Positions 14,635 to 28,419 of a DNA stretch of 64,000 nt are shown one piece after another. The notes under the pieces are model-generated. The model worked only from the letters and a program-made list of their open reading frames with translations, was not told the origin of the DNA and ran no database searches. The number at the start of each line of letters is the position of its first letter. The stretch's first letter is position 1. Origin of the DNA: Octopus sinensis (lineage: Eukaryota); contig NC_043001.1 in the NCBI RefSeq assembly GCF_006345805.1, positions 95,232,001 to 95,296,000 of the forward strand, written 5' to 3'. The position numbers were made by a program, and so were the translations under genes.

Positions 14635-15923
14635 CGAGGGGCGTTCAATAAGTAATGCCCCTAACCCACTTCCCATAGCAGTAGAGCAACGAAACTTGGC
14701 ACAGTTATTAGTCTTTTTCTACATAGGAATCACCCAGAGTTACGCATTTTCCCATCGTTTGATGCAGCTCTGGAGACAGTTTTTGTAGAAGAGCCCAGCT
14801 TGGTCCTCCAATCACGACGTGACTTCAGAAATCAAGGCTGCATCATTTGGGAAACGCTTTCCTTTCAAAAACAACTTCATGGCTGGGAAGAGGTGAAAAT
14901 CAGAGGGTGCAAGGTCAGGAGAGTAGGGGGGTGGGGGAGGAGTTCCTAGCCGCACGCCTGTGCTTCTGATCTGGTGACACACGACTTGTGGACCTGAGCG
15001 TTGTCCTGCAGGAGGAGGATGCCTTTGCTGATCTTGCCCCGCCTCTTGATTTTGGTAGCTTCTCTTAAATTCCTCAAAAGTGAAGCATAATAGGCTCCTG
15101 TAATTGTGGTGCCCCTTGCCAGGAACTCTGTCATCACTACTCCGCCCTGATCCTAGAAGACTGTGAGCACGACCTTGCCAGCGGAGGGCTGCACCCTTGC
15201 CTTCTTTGGAGGAGGTGAGTCACGTTGCTTCCACTGCATTGACTGGGCTTTGGTCTCTAGATCATAGTGATGGACCCAGGTTTCATCCTGTGTAATTAGA
15301 CTTTTCAAAAATTTTGACTCATCTTCTTGGCACATCTCCAAATTCATCCTCGAGCACTCGACGCGTTCTTGCTTCTGGAAAGGTGTGAGCAACCTGGGAT
15401 TCCATCTGGCAGACAACTTTTGGATATGTAAATGGTCATGAATGATAGTTTCCACGGACCCGGTACTAATCTTGACCATGGGCTATTTGGCGAATAGTTA
15501 TGCATCGATCTTCCAAAATGGCAGCCTCAACTTGACGGACAGATGCCTCATCAATGGCAGAAGGGGGGTGACCAGATCTGGGAGCTGTTTCCACAGAGTT
15601 CCGACCATGCTTGAATTCACGATGCCTGCGTTTTACAAGGTCATATGATGGGGCATCCTCACCGTTAGTTACTTTCATTTCATCAAAAGTCTCCCGTGGT
15701 GTGCGTCCTTTCAAATACAAAAACCGAATCACTGCTCGACACTGAACAGGCTCTATTTCACACTTGACTGAGTTCAAACACCTGTCAATCAGAAACCACA
15801 ATTAGTTCAGAGCTGTAATTTTCCACTTAATCTATAGATATATAAATAATTGCACATGCAAAATCTCAGCGAGATCAACCAGCTACAAGTGGGTCAGAGG
15901 CATTACTTATTGAACGTCCCTCG
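14635..15923 (-). mobile_element. Full-length mariner DNA transposon (1289 bp)
   Basis: 28-bp TIRs CGAGGGGCGTTCAATAAGTAATGCCCCT (2 mismatches); TA TSD at 14633-14634 and 15924-15925. Confidence 0.95.
14708..15756 (-). pseudogene. Mariner DD34D-type transposase pseudogene
   Basis: HTH region, ARWNPRLL, ITQDETW, LLQDNA, YSPDLAPSDFHLF, C-terminal RWEKCV..GDSYVEKD*; several stops and frameshifts. Confidence 0.93.
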
Positions 15924-18104
15924 TAAGTTCATACAACAATGGTTTCATTTGAGGATTCATTTGAGTGAGAAACCGAATTCGTTCTCCAGCCAAATAGAAG
16001 AATGCAGTTTTAGTGCTGCTAATTTCTGCAGTGTCATATTCATATGCTTAGTCACATACGTGCGAGCGAACATATCACTGATGCCTTCAGTCTTACAACC
16101 TTGATAATAAAAAAAAAACAACTTTCAAATAGGTATATATAATTTTCTAGTACTTGGAGACCTGCTTCTCAAGCTGACACCAACAGCAGAGGAAATTTTA
16201 TTCTCATGGTTTTATAACTAGCAGATATTCTATTTTTATCAATTTATAAGTTAAGTCGTATGTAGATTTTCATTCCTTAGAACTTCATATCTATAGCACT
16301 TCATCGCTATTGACACTAATAGATAAGGTTTACAATTCACACACGCAGACAAATATATATGTTACACACACAGACACTCACATACACATGTCGATATAGC
16401 TTTAATTCACATGAATGAAAGCTTGTTTTTCAAGTTTTGTTTCATTTATTTTGCTTCAGTGACTTTTATAAATAATTATTCTTTTGGTTCGTGCATTTTA
16501 TTAATAATTATTTTTCAGTTCTGAAGAGTCATATTGCAATTTCAAATCCACTGTGTGTGAAATTATTCATTATAAAATTTTCTTGCCATACAAACATGCA
16601 TGCTTACACATTATTTAAACATGCCAATATATATGTTAATATTGTCTGTAATGTTTTACTTTTAATATTCATTTCGGTGTGAAATAACGGGTTTTCGATA
16701 TATTTCTTGTATTATAAATTTCATGCAATTTTTGCACAGTTTCTTTAGCGTTATTCATATTGCAGGCTCCTCTGCGTAAACTCCTTCAGTTATAGGAAAC
16801 TGGCTGGCATAGATTTCATTTTCGGTACCACAAATTGTAAAATATTGTTTAAGCATTATGCTGCATAGAAGGAAGATTTGCTCTGGTTTTGCTGAGTTAT
16901 ATTTTGTAAGATAATGTTCTTATTAGTCTTTTGCAGGAACCCATCAGAAAACCTTTGATTGTATCTATTATAAACGTCCTATACATATTTATACTGTAAA
17001 AATACAATGAAAAACTTCGATGTCTTCTGGTCTGTATTACGGAATCATTTTCAAATCGTGTGACTAGAATTATTCTTCCGATTTGAACATTGCTATAATG
17101 TTCAAGAATATGAAATATCTGAGGAATATACAGCGAACAAAATTAAGAGCGCAAAGAAACATACGATATTAATGTAAACTTTACATGTTTGACATCGTAC
17201 ATCACATAGCATAATATTTGAGTTACATTTGGACTGTGTGTTGCAAATATTTCATAAATCTTTGCAAAAAAATTGATTGGTAACATCTCCAATAGTAAAT
17301 ACTGAAAACTTCGCAAACAGAAGAATTTCTGGAACTGACTCAAAAGTGAATTACAATAGTTTAAGAGTAGTTAGAGGCGGATTATGTTGATATTGTCTAG
17401 AATATCATATTATTTGAAAAATGAAAATTCTATTATGTCGTAGAAAATGAAAAAGACGCTGAAGAAGGAATTTATCTGTGCGTGTGTCAGTGAGAGATTT
17501 AATGTTGTCAATTGTATGTTCGGATGTGTTGAGACTATATGTGAATTGATCTGTTCCGCCTATCAGAAGTTAAAGCTTTCGAAGTAGTATTATGATCTTT
17601 AATTTTATAGTCACAACGGTTCAGGATATGTGACATACGATTCTTCGTATGTTTCTTATCTATTTTGTTTTTAATCAGTGGCAGAGTGAATTTTAGTGAG
17701 ACATCGATATTTGTCAAGAGCGAAATATAATTGGTTAGCTAGTAGTTATGCTCTTAATTTATTCCTTAAACAACATATCCCTAGGCTGAAAATCTCGGAA
17801 CTAAAAACGTCATAAGTAAGACAGAAACTAAAAGCAGAATATTGTTATTGTGTATCAAAGAATCAGAATAATGAATACTCTCATTTCCGTACAGCTAATT
17901 ATTCAGGTAACAAATAACAGTTAAGCACGTAAAATTTGACAATTGTAAGAAACCAGCAGAACACATAATGAAGCAGAAGGTTATATAGTAGAACTATACA
18001 AAGAATGTCTGAATCTGAGAACAATGATTCGATTCTGTGATACACACGTATGATATTTCTACATGCACACTTTATTTCATTCCCACTCTCTCACTCGCTC
18101 TAAG

Positions 18105-18186
<82 letters not shown>

Positions 18187-18229
18187 CATATATACATACA
18201 TATATATATATATCTTTATATATATATAT

Positions 18230-18352
18230 ATCACCGTGATCACCGTGATCGCCCAGACTATCAGATGTTGCTACACATCGCTGGTCACAATGCGCTTCGC
18301 ATTGTTTATAGCCTTAAAGTGACGCCACCCCGCTGGCTAAGCGAGCAGGCTA
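18230..18352 (-). mobile_element. Probable SINE 3' tail fragment (family C related)
   Basis: Short tandem (ATCACCGTG)2 end and GC-rich body embedded in (TA)n; family link rests on my recollection of this octopus SINE, not on an overlap within the window. Confidence 0.55.
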
Positions 18353-18394
18353 ATATATATATACATACATATATATATGTATGTATATGTGTAT

Positions 18395-18608
18395 ATTCTT
18401 TTTTTCCCTCTCGGCACAAGGCCCGAAATTTTGGGGGAGAGAACCAGTCGATTAGCTCGACCCTAGTACGCAGCTGGTAGTTAATTTATTGACCACGAAA
18501 GGATGAAAAGCAAAGTCGACCTTGGCGGAATTTGAACTCAGAAAGTAAAGTCACACGAAATACTGCTGAGCATTTCGTCCAGCGTGCTAAAGATTCTACC
18601 AGATCGCC
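18395..18608 (-). mobile_element. SINE family B, tail type 1
   Basis: Reverse complement aligns end to end with 50527-50740. Confidence 0.85.
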
Positions 18609-18668
18609 TTATATATATAGTAGAAATATGTTACGAAAAGAAAATATAAAATACACGTGGAAATGTAA

Positions 18669-18998
18669 GGGTAAAATATGAAAAATCAACGAAAATGCAT
18701 ATTGCAAATAGAAAAAGGCTATTTATGACAGGTTAAGACAAATATATACATTTAGATTGACTGAGGTAGTAATACGAGTCATAAAAGTCATTATTATGAG
18801 ATGATTATAAGATGATAATAAAGTAAGAGAACAAAAGGTTTTGTTCTCTTATCATCTTATAATCATCTCATAATAATGACTTTTATGACTCGTATTACTA
18901 CCTCAGTCAATCTAAATGTATATATTTGTCGTTACCTGTCATAAATAGCCTTTTTCTATTTGCAATATGCATTTTCGTTGATTTTTCATATTTTACCC
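18669..18998. repeat. 330-bp near-perfect palindrome
   Basis: Arms 18669-18836 and 18839-18998 with a GG loop, one 8-nt bulge and one ~3-nt mismatch patch; followed by (TA)n. Confidence 0.95.
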
Positions 18999-19047
<49 letters not shown>

Positions 19048-19876
19048 ATCCACTAGAAATTTTAAAGAAAGTATTAAGAATACCTATGCAAGGCATTGTT
19101 TTCATACTCAGCGTAGACCGTGTATATATCGTGTTGTCATACGGTGGCTGATAGCAACACAGATCAGGAAAAAGTTTCTTCTTTGAAATTATGTACACGA
19201 AAACACCAATTTTAAGATTTATTAATCATAGATAACTCTGTCCGATTAGTCACTTGCAATAAACACTCGAATGATATGAAAATATATTTTTCGTAAAGGA
19301 GAAATTATTCTCGTGCGACAATATACAACAACTCTTACTGATCTCATTGCACAATCTTGCCATAAGATATGTGAAATTAATTCTTGAAACGTTGTACTTT
19401 AAACTTGAATAATATTCTTGCAGTTCATATTTTTGCTCAATAGAATATATCTTACATATTTTGAATGCATTAAATCGAAAATTTATTCTGTATATAAGTG
19501 GGGAAATATTAACATATTTTCATCATATATTTTTAATCTTGACTTTGTTCCATTCGCGTGTTCACCATTTGGAATACTGTAATACTTGCTGTAGCTTGAG
19601 GTTAACATAAGCGTTTCATATCGAAATGTTTAAACAATCGGTTGAATCTTCAATATTTCATACTATGTTGAAAAGCATTCGTTTTCCTGTATATGAAGAT
19701 ACACAAATGTAGAAGAGATTAGGAATTGACAGAAGGCTTACTGACTGATGGACTCGAAGTGCTTTATATTTATTATTTACAATTTAAAGTCTGAAGTTGA
19801 ATAGGATTGGTGACCTTGTGGGAATTGTAAAACTATCGACCCTCTGAAGAAGACAATGTTAATATATGTATTTTAT

Positions 19877-20000
19877 GAGGCGGCTAGAAAGCAAAATATT
19901 TAGCACGGCGTTAAAAATTCTTAGCGACATTTCGTCCGTTCAAATTCTGCAGAGGTCAACATTACATTACGGGCTTGATAAAATAAGCGCCGGTTGTGTA
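19877..20000 (+). mobile_element. Degenerate SINE family B 5' part
   Basis: GGCGG..TTAGCACGGCG..CATTTCGTCCGTTCAAATTCTGCAGAGGTCAAC..GATAAAATAAG. Confidence 0.55.
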
Positions 20001-20109
20001 CTGGAGTAGAAATAATGCACTTAAAATATCTCGGAATCGTTGACCTTGTGCTAAAACTTAAAATAAATATGCTATCTATATGTTATTTATTTGTCAGTAA
20101 GTCTCTTTC

Positions 20110-20232
20110 TTATTTCTTTATTGGCTCAAGGGGCTAAACATAGAGGGGACATACAAGTACAGACAAAGAGATTAAATCGATTACATAGACTCCAGTGCGT
20201 AACTGGTACTTAATTTATCGACTCCGAAATGA
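20110..20232 (-). mobile_element. SINE family B 3' part, tail type 2
   Basis: Aligns with 13748-13865. Confidence 0.75.
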
Positions 20233-20796
20233 TAGCAGCTGAATCAAATATTTTTTCATAAGGTAATAAGCTGAAAACCAATGTTATTATTTACTTTCTA
20301 TGCTTTCTGCCAAGTGCACCATCGCGGTGTTACACTGATCATGACTCCTTATTATTTGGTTTATAAGATAATTAATTCATACATAGGAGAGTCTTCAGAA
20401 CATATTAAGGATATATTTGTGCAAAATATACCGCTATCATAAATAGTAATTTTTGCTTTTGTTATGCGTGTAATTCCGAATTGCAAACACTATACGTATG
20501 ACAAATTCCCAACTATAAGAATCCCGAAACTGTTGTGAGATCAAAACAGTGTGATCATTCTCTTTCAAAATAGGTCGAGCCGTTAGACAGATCCCGCTCC
20601 TATGGGTCTTCGTATGTATGAAACTAGCGATTTAGTAGCTTATCTTTACATATTCGATAGTCTAGTTATCGTTCATACATTTTGTCGCAGCATATTTATC
20701 TATACCTAGTAATGTTAGAAAAATACGTTACATCAGATCAGGTTACGTTACATTTCTGCCCTGTAAACAATACAATGCAGTAAATAATATAACTTA

Positions 20797-22364
20797 CCGT
20801 AAATCCTCGAGTATAGCCCGCCCTTGAGAACAATATGCAGGAGACTTTTAAGGGACTGTACCTCTGAAAAACCTAAACCTTCTGTATAATACGCACCCAT
20901 TCTGAACTTGAGTCAAGGAGGTCTATTTAACATCCTTGGTTTGTAAAAATGCATACGGTAACGTCCTTTATTATTATTGTATATATAATATAATGTAAAC
21001 TTGTAGCTTTTTTCTGAATTTTGTTTGCAGAAAATAAAGAAATAACAGTAATAACGTCAGTGAAAAATAAATATTAAGTAAATTGCCTTTACATATTTAT
21101 CACTATGCGTTACAAAAGCAGAAGCAAAAATATTTATTCAAATCCTTCAAATTCAACGTCACTTTCAGCATCAAATAACTGTTCCATTTGTTCCTCCGTA
21201 AACATTTCAGCATCATTGAAGTGTAAATCTCTGTCATCGTCAGATTCATAGTGAACATCAGAAGATTCACTTTTATTTATTTCATCTTTCCATACAACGT
21301 CATCCTGGGTACCATCCAGTGCAGACGATATACAACATTTGATTACACTTTTCACAATAATGTGGGAATCAAGTTCATTCCATGCAAACATGATCCTTTT
21401 GTGAAATGTGAGTTCGCCTCATAAAGTTACTGGCCCAGCCACGTGATGCTTTAAATTCAGACTCATTAAGTTTTATGTTTTTAGCAATGGATTTTGCCTG
21501 TAGCCTCAAATGTACTGTATTAATGGCTACTCCTCCAGGTCTTCTTTCCTATACCCATTCAAGCAAAACATTTTCAAGCTCAAGATGTTTGGCTTTTCCC
21601 CTTCTTGTCTTTTTTTATCTTTGGCATGTATAATACCATCTTCATTTCTTCTCCATAACCTGACATTGCTTTCGTCATCATCAAATTTTCTCCCGGCGGT
21701 TCTTTTACCATGCTCTTCATCACATGATGTAACTTCAAGTTTAATCAGGTATCTTATGGGCATGTAAAATATAAAATGTTTTATTGGAGATTAATGTACG
21801 GGTTTGAGTCCCGCTTATATAAAACCCTAGTAAAGACCCACATTAGTTCAAACATTTAATACTGGTATTTAATTAAATATCTATTGTTTGCCATGGTAAT
21901 GATTCAAACTGCCAATACAAGCAACAGGATAAAATAGCGCTAAATTATTAAGCACAATTTTCGAGTAATTAAGCCAGCAGTACCTAGTCCAAAAAACACT
22001 TCCGCGCATGCGTAAAACAATAATGGCGATGTTCTTAACTGTTATATGGGAATGTAAATATGTTTGCAAATTGTTTTTGTTACATGTCATTCTATGTTCT
22101 GTATACTTTCATTTTCACAAATGTTGCTTACTGCAAGTTGTGAATGATTCTTTTATGACTTCATTGCTTTCAGGCTTAGCTTAAAGTATTTTTGCGCCCG
22201 ACATCACAAAATGCGTCTGAATAAATATTACCGGACAGCAAATAGAGACTCGTACATTGATTAGAAAATATTTTCCATTTTTAACCTCGTATATATAGTA
22301 CGCACTAGGGATTTTGACCTTTAAATTTTGGTGAGAGATGAGGATTATACTCGAGGAGTTACGG
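20797..22364 (-). mobile_element. Internally deleted pogo/Tigger-type DNA transposon (1568 bp)
   Basis: 19-bp TIRs CCGTAAATCCTCGAGTATA (1 mismatch); TA TSD at 20795-20796 and 22365-22366. Confidence 0.88.
21134..21770 (-). pseudogene. pogo-type transposase remnant lacking the DDE domain
   Basis: Brinker-like EEHGKRTAGRKFDDDESNVRLWRR, CENP-B-type HTH FKASRGWASNFMRR, joined out of frame to an acidic C-terminus KCCISSALDGTQDD...FEGFE*. Confidence 0.85.
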
Positions 22365-22394
22365 TATATATATATATATATATATATTTGTATG

Positions 22395-22465
22395 TGCGTG
22401 TGTGTGTGCGTGCTTGTGTTTGTGTTTCTGTTTTGTCCCCCACCACCATCGCTCGACAACCGATA
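22395..22465 (+). mobile_element. SINE family A internal fragment
   Basis: GTTTTGTCCCCCACCACCATCGCTCGACAACCGAT matches the segment after the microsatellite in family A. Confidence 0.6.
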
Positions 22466-25364
22466 ACTAATGTTATTGATAGGGAAAACTTAGTTTATAA
22501 TAATTAATAAAGAAAATGTTCTTATGTTACTTAGTTTACCGGACGGAGAATTCTATAATACATATGAAGAGAAAATTAACAGACAAATACTCTCTATTTA
22601 CTTGGTTTATCGGCGGGAGAATTCCATTATAAATATGAAAAGAACCTTAGAGCTAAAATAAATAGTAAGACATTATACTTTATGTTTATTTACATTTTAT
22701 TAACCTCTCTAGATTAGGTAAAACCATGTTACTTAATTTATATACTTATATATTGTTGTTCTAAGTCTTTATTATAGACAAAGATTGTCTTCGACCTAAA
22801 CGGATTTGGATTAATGTGATTTGAGAAATATAGAAATATATTTCGATAGTTGTAAATTCTATTTACTTAATCATTTTATCCGTTATAATTTTGTTAATAT
22901 TTTAAAATCGTAATTGTTATGTAGTTGAAAAGTTAACGTTCACGCTCCTAAACATTTGAATTTATTTTTTTACAATCCGCCCTTCTTTAACACGGAATTT
23001 CGCCTGTCTTTTAAACGAAATCTCTGAAGAGACTTATATAAATCAATATGAGTTGTTTATAAATCAAATAATGTAAGAGTCGAAATAAATTGTTGGCTCA
23101 TTTGTTTTTTTAAATTTTTTTTTAGGTTATATTCAAAATAAACCGAAACTGCTATCGTATGTATATGCAAAAGCAGCAATTCAATTTACTGCATCAAATG
23201 CCCGAGTTGTGAAGAACTATCTGTGGGTCAGACTGGAAATGCACTATCGGAACGTTCACGTGTACACCGACAGCAGTTTAAAGACCCAGATATCCGTCAG
23301 ATATATTTGAGTAACCATCAGGCAACATGTGGTCGGAAATTATTTATAATATTCGCATTCTACAAACCAAAGAGTCTAAGTGAAATTGAGAGGAAAATCA
23401 GAGAAAAGAACTTTATTAAAAAATTCCAATTGAATCAAAATAACAATAATACTAATACATAGAGGTACTATTTCTACTACTACAACCACTACCAGGGCAA
23501 CAACAATACTAAAGGTGATCATGATAACGAGGGCAGGAAAAATAATAGCTAAGTCAAGAGAAAAGTCAGTAAAATAGTTTTATTTGGGGGTTTAAAGTTC
23601 TATTACCACAGCAACTCCTACCACCATTACCACCATCAACACCACTACCACAACAACAACAACAACCACCACCACGACCAACAACAACAACAAAGGAGAA
23701 GATAAAGGTGCGGATGATAATTGAAATGTAAAAATCCCTGCGATTATTTACAACATTTCTAAAATTAATCAGACAATTACCGTTTGGCCACGTCAACATA
23801 CAGGTCACTTGACATGTTCAACAAACTGTGACGCCTAAACCAAATACCAAACAACTAAAGTTGGTAAAGCTACACACTGATTGGTCAGAATACACTTTAT
23901 CTTTTTATTTCTTAACTGCGCACAAGGGGCTAAACAGGAGTCTATACAAATGTATTTCAGGCACATGGTTTAGCCATCTCACTACAGTTGCAAATTGTAA
24001 AATATAACTGTCACCACTACTTCATGAACCGGAAGATTGCATAGTTTAATGTATGGAATTATTAGTTCAATCTGAATGGACATTTAGTATTGTATCGATT
24101 CATTATATTATATTATTTTATATTTATTATAAGATTGTAAATAAAACGTGAATATCAGAAAAGGTTGTGAATTCATTGAGTAATATATATATGTTATCAT
24201 TATCATCCTCTTTACCTCTTGACTGTCTTGACAAGAGTCAATTAAATAAGCAACTTAGTTGCACTGACGCACACGCACACACACAGACACACACACACAT
24301 ACACTCTCACACATGTACATATACTTTTATACAACACTAATTTACATACATGTGTGTATGCATACATTTATTTAGCCGAACATATGCTCATACAGTTAAT
24401 CCTACCCTACTTTATGAAGCCTGCAATCATGCTTATGAATTAATAATTTTTATACTTAGAAAGGAATTTAATTGCGTAGGTTAGACTTATTATGGCTTGT
24501 TGGTACAGACCTACATTGGTCTATATATCACATATCTATTTGCGTATTATAATACTTGTATAGAAATGCATCGACTTTTCGTAGTATAATTATACCTCAT
24601 AAGTGCATATACATTTATACCTACCCCATAGCTGTTTTACTTCTATCCAAGTAACGTTATGCATATACAAACTAATATGAAATTGTATTATATTTATATA
24701 TAGATATGAATAATAATAATAATAATAATAATGCTAATAATACAATATACCTAACAAATACATTTATAAGTCAATACATATTTGATCTAAACTGAAAAAT
24801 TAGTTGTTTCTTCTAAATTTCAAAAACATAGTCAATCTATGGTTTGGGATTTTGAACAATTTCAGAGTGATTATTAATGATGCTATCGTAGCATAATATG
24901 ATGCAGACAATGTCTTCCAGACATAAGTTACACTCAGAATACATTGTACAGTCATGCATTCCAAAATACTAACCAAGTCATGCTGTACTAATTTTTTTTT
25001 GGTTCCTTTAAACCCCAGATCAGGTCAGGAAGTGATGTATATTGTCTTTTGCTACTGAGAATCAAAATGCATGAATTAAATTTTAAATTTTATTTATATT
25101 TTTATTCTTCACTTTAATTTTTTAATTGTTTATTCACAATTCTAATTTTAATCACTATGATTTAATTTTTTTTCCGAATTTTTTGCATTGATTTACGAAA
25201 GGTATGTATGCATTGAATCCACTTTTATAATAAATCTGTTTCTGTTTCAACATTTTCTCTCCATTTTTATACAGGTTTTTGGTATATTATTATACCAATA
25301 ACGGACCTCCTCAAATATATATGTGTGTGTGTATGTGAGTGTGTATGCATATATGCATACATAT

Positions 25365-25432
<68 letters not shown>

Positions 25433-25630
25433 CATATATATATGTATATACATATATATATATGTACATAGATATATATGTATACATATAAACATATATA
25501 TATATATATATATATATATCCATAGATACATATATATATATTATGTGTATATATATATATATACATTTATACACACACGCATATACATATATATGTATAC
25601 ATATATATATTCACACACACACACACACAC

Positions 25631-25682
<52 letters not shown>

Positions 25683-25826
25683 GAGTAGTTGAATGAATTA
25701 TCTTATTATGGATAATTCGGTTAACCGGTACCTGGGTAGAAAATTCACGTCAGAAAAACACGGTTGAGGCTACATGATCAGGGCAGAGATCACGTGCTAT
25801 CGTGTGGCAATTTGTGTGTTTTTTAA

Positions 25827-26245
25827 ATACAAATAAATGAAAGAATGGAGTTGAACGACGAATTAAAAAAATTCCTTTATTTTATTTTCTATATACGTTT
25901 CGAAGGCTGCATATTCCTAATTTCGAAGGAATAAGGGGTGCATTATGCCGCCTTCCCACCAGGAAAAAACAAGGAACTTATGTCAGGATCAAGATGCACA
26001 AAAACGTTTAGGTGGCTGCCCACAGGGAGCCCATAGCGATAATGGACTCCGTGTGGGCAGCCATCTAAAAGTTTTGGTACATCTTGATGCTGACATAGGT
26101 TCCTTGTTTTTCCTGATGAGAAGGCGGCATAATGCACCCCTTATTCCTTCAAAATTAGAAATATGCAGCCTTCGAAATATATGTCGAAAATAAAATAAAG
26201 GAATTTTGTTAATTCGACGTTCAACTCCATTCTTTCATTTAATTG

Positions 26246-26248
<3 letters not shown>
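25827..26248. mobile_element. Long palindrome with hammerheads (head to head)
   Basis: Arms 25827-26034 and 26042-26248 (~208 bp, ~20 differences) with a 7-nt loop; right flank is (TA)n. Confidence 0.88.
26108..26190 (+). ncRNA. Type I hammerhead ribozyme
   Basis: TTTTC-CTGATGA(26113-26119)-GAAGGC...GCCTTC-GAAA-T-ATAT-G-TC^GAAAA; GUC triplet; perfect stems I and II. Confidence 0.82.
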
Positions 26249-26276
<28 letters not shown>

Positions 26277-26797
26277 AGAGAGAGAGAGAGAAAGAGAAAG
26301 AGAGACATAGAAAGAGTTTAAACGTCACAATAAATGACGCACAGCTTGCATGAGAAGTAATTCTAGCCGTAGGTTATGTAGAATTAATAGTATTGAGCGA
26401 TATTTTATGTGGAATTTCATCAGTCTAATAAGTGTTTTGTTTGCTAAAAATTTATTTTTTCATGAGGTAATTGGAATATATGTAAAAAATGTTTTTAGAA
26501 AACTGTATTTATAGATATCCTGTTTCGTCAAAGAAATATAGCTTACAATATACATATGTGAGTACATATATATATATATATATATATATTTATGTATGTG
26601 TGTATGTATGTGTTTGCGTGAGTGTGTGATGGTTTTAAATATTTGTATATAATGCAAACTATTTATTGTATATTATCTGTAATATACTCTCATACGTAAA
26701 ACCACGTCAGCATCTTATGTGTCTTTGTACTGAAACACGGATCTATTCACACATTTACACCATACTCACATATATATAGATATACACACACACACAC

Positions 26798-26851
<54 letters not shown>

Positions 26852-26950
26852 ATATAGATACACATATGTGTACACGTTTCTAGGGATATATGTATATATA
26901 TATATATATATATAAATATAAATACACATATACATATACACATACATATA

Positions 26951-27019
<69 letters not shown>

Positions 27020-28419
27020 ATATATAGGTAGGTATATATATATATTTATTTATTTATAATACATACATATACATATATACGTGTACATAATATATATATT
27101 ATATATATATATAATATATATATATATATATTATATATATACATATATATACTTATATATGTATACATAAATATAAATATACAACTATACATAAATTTAC
27201 ATACATATATACATATATATATTTATATATATATATGTATACATAAACAAGTATTTATCTACACACATATATACATACATATAGACATATAGACATATAC
27301 ATATACACATGTTTATATTTTTATATACATATATTTAGTGGAAGAGAGAGGCGGAAGGAGAGAGTAATAGAACTATAGATATATAGATAGAAAGATAGAT
27401 AGATAGATAGATATATGGAGGGATAGTTATACATATAAATGAGTACCTGTGTAAATACATATACAGAGAGATACGATTAGTCATGAGTGCTTCTGTATAC
27501 GTATGTATTAGGAATATATCGACGTTGTTTACAAAAACATGGATGAAAAAATAGAATAATTATTATATTCCTTGCGGCCCTACAACAAAGTCTAATTATT
27601 TATATGTAAATGAATAGAAAAAAATTATGGTGGTCATATCAGGAAGAAATATCAGACATATGTACAAATTTCCCAGGTGAAGAAAGTAGTCACTGAAATT
27701 TGTTACATTAGGTAAATAAAAGAAAATGAAATATTTCGCTACTACTTTGTAATTTTGTTACATTCGTACCACTTCAATAGTAACATTTTAATCCTCCACA
27801 TTATATGGTATTTTGTTTGTTTTTGTGAAAAGAGTTATCTGGAGTGAAATTCCAATAGTTTATAGGTGTTTTAACCATACTGGTGTGTTGGTTTACTTCC
27901 ATACCTACGTAAGATATGCATAATATTCGGCATAAGAAACATTTAAAATACGAATGAGTGTTTATGAAGCAGAAATTCTTAAACAAAATGTAGCGCTTCA
28001 CGTTTTCTTTGAATATTTTCCTTGATTCGCTATTGCTCTCATTACAGGGTCATGGTCACAATAAAGAATTGTATATATATATATATATATACACATACAC
28101 AGACATTTATGTATGTATGTAACTTTATGACTGATGCTGAAATCCTGGATTATTACTTTGGTTTTATATTCGCAGTTTCAGCATTATAAAATCACACAGA
28201 CACACGATATAATCGTTTATCTGCGAGTTTCTTTAATGCTGTGGAATATCTATGTTTCTTAGAAATGGTAGTAAATGACTGATTAATCATAAATATTTAT
28301 CTACGAGATAATATCAGAATTCTTACAACAATCCTGAATCCTTTGGTATTACGTCGCAGTACTAGACAGTGGCTGTGTGAGCTAGGAAATCCTCGTCGCC
28401 ACTGTTATATCGCACGTTC

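Noticed and set aside
18762-18771. TGAGGTAGTA, identical to let-7 nt 1-10, inside the long palindrome
   Set aside because: The remaining bases do not match let-7, the hairpin is far longer and more perfect than a pre-miRNA, and a 10-mer match is plausible by chance in 128 kb of both strands
25827-26248. Excess of A/G differences between arms (about 7 of 20) as a fossil of ADAR editing
   Set aside because: Two are explained by CpG decay, most others have a 5' G neighbour that ADAR disfavours, and the sample is too small
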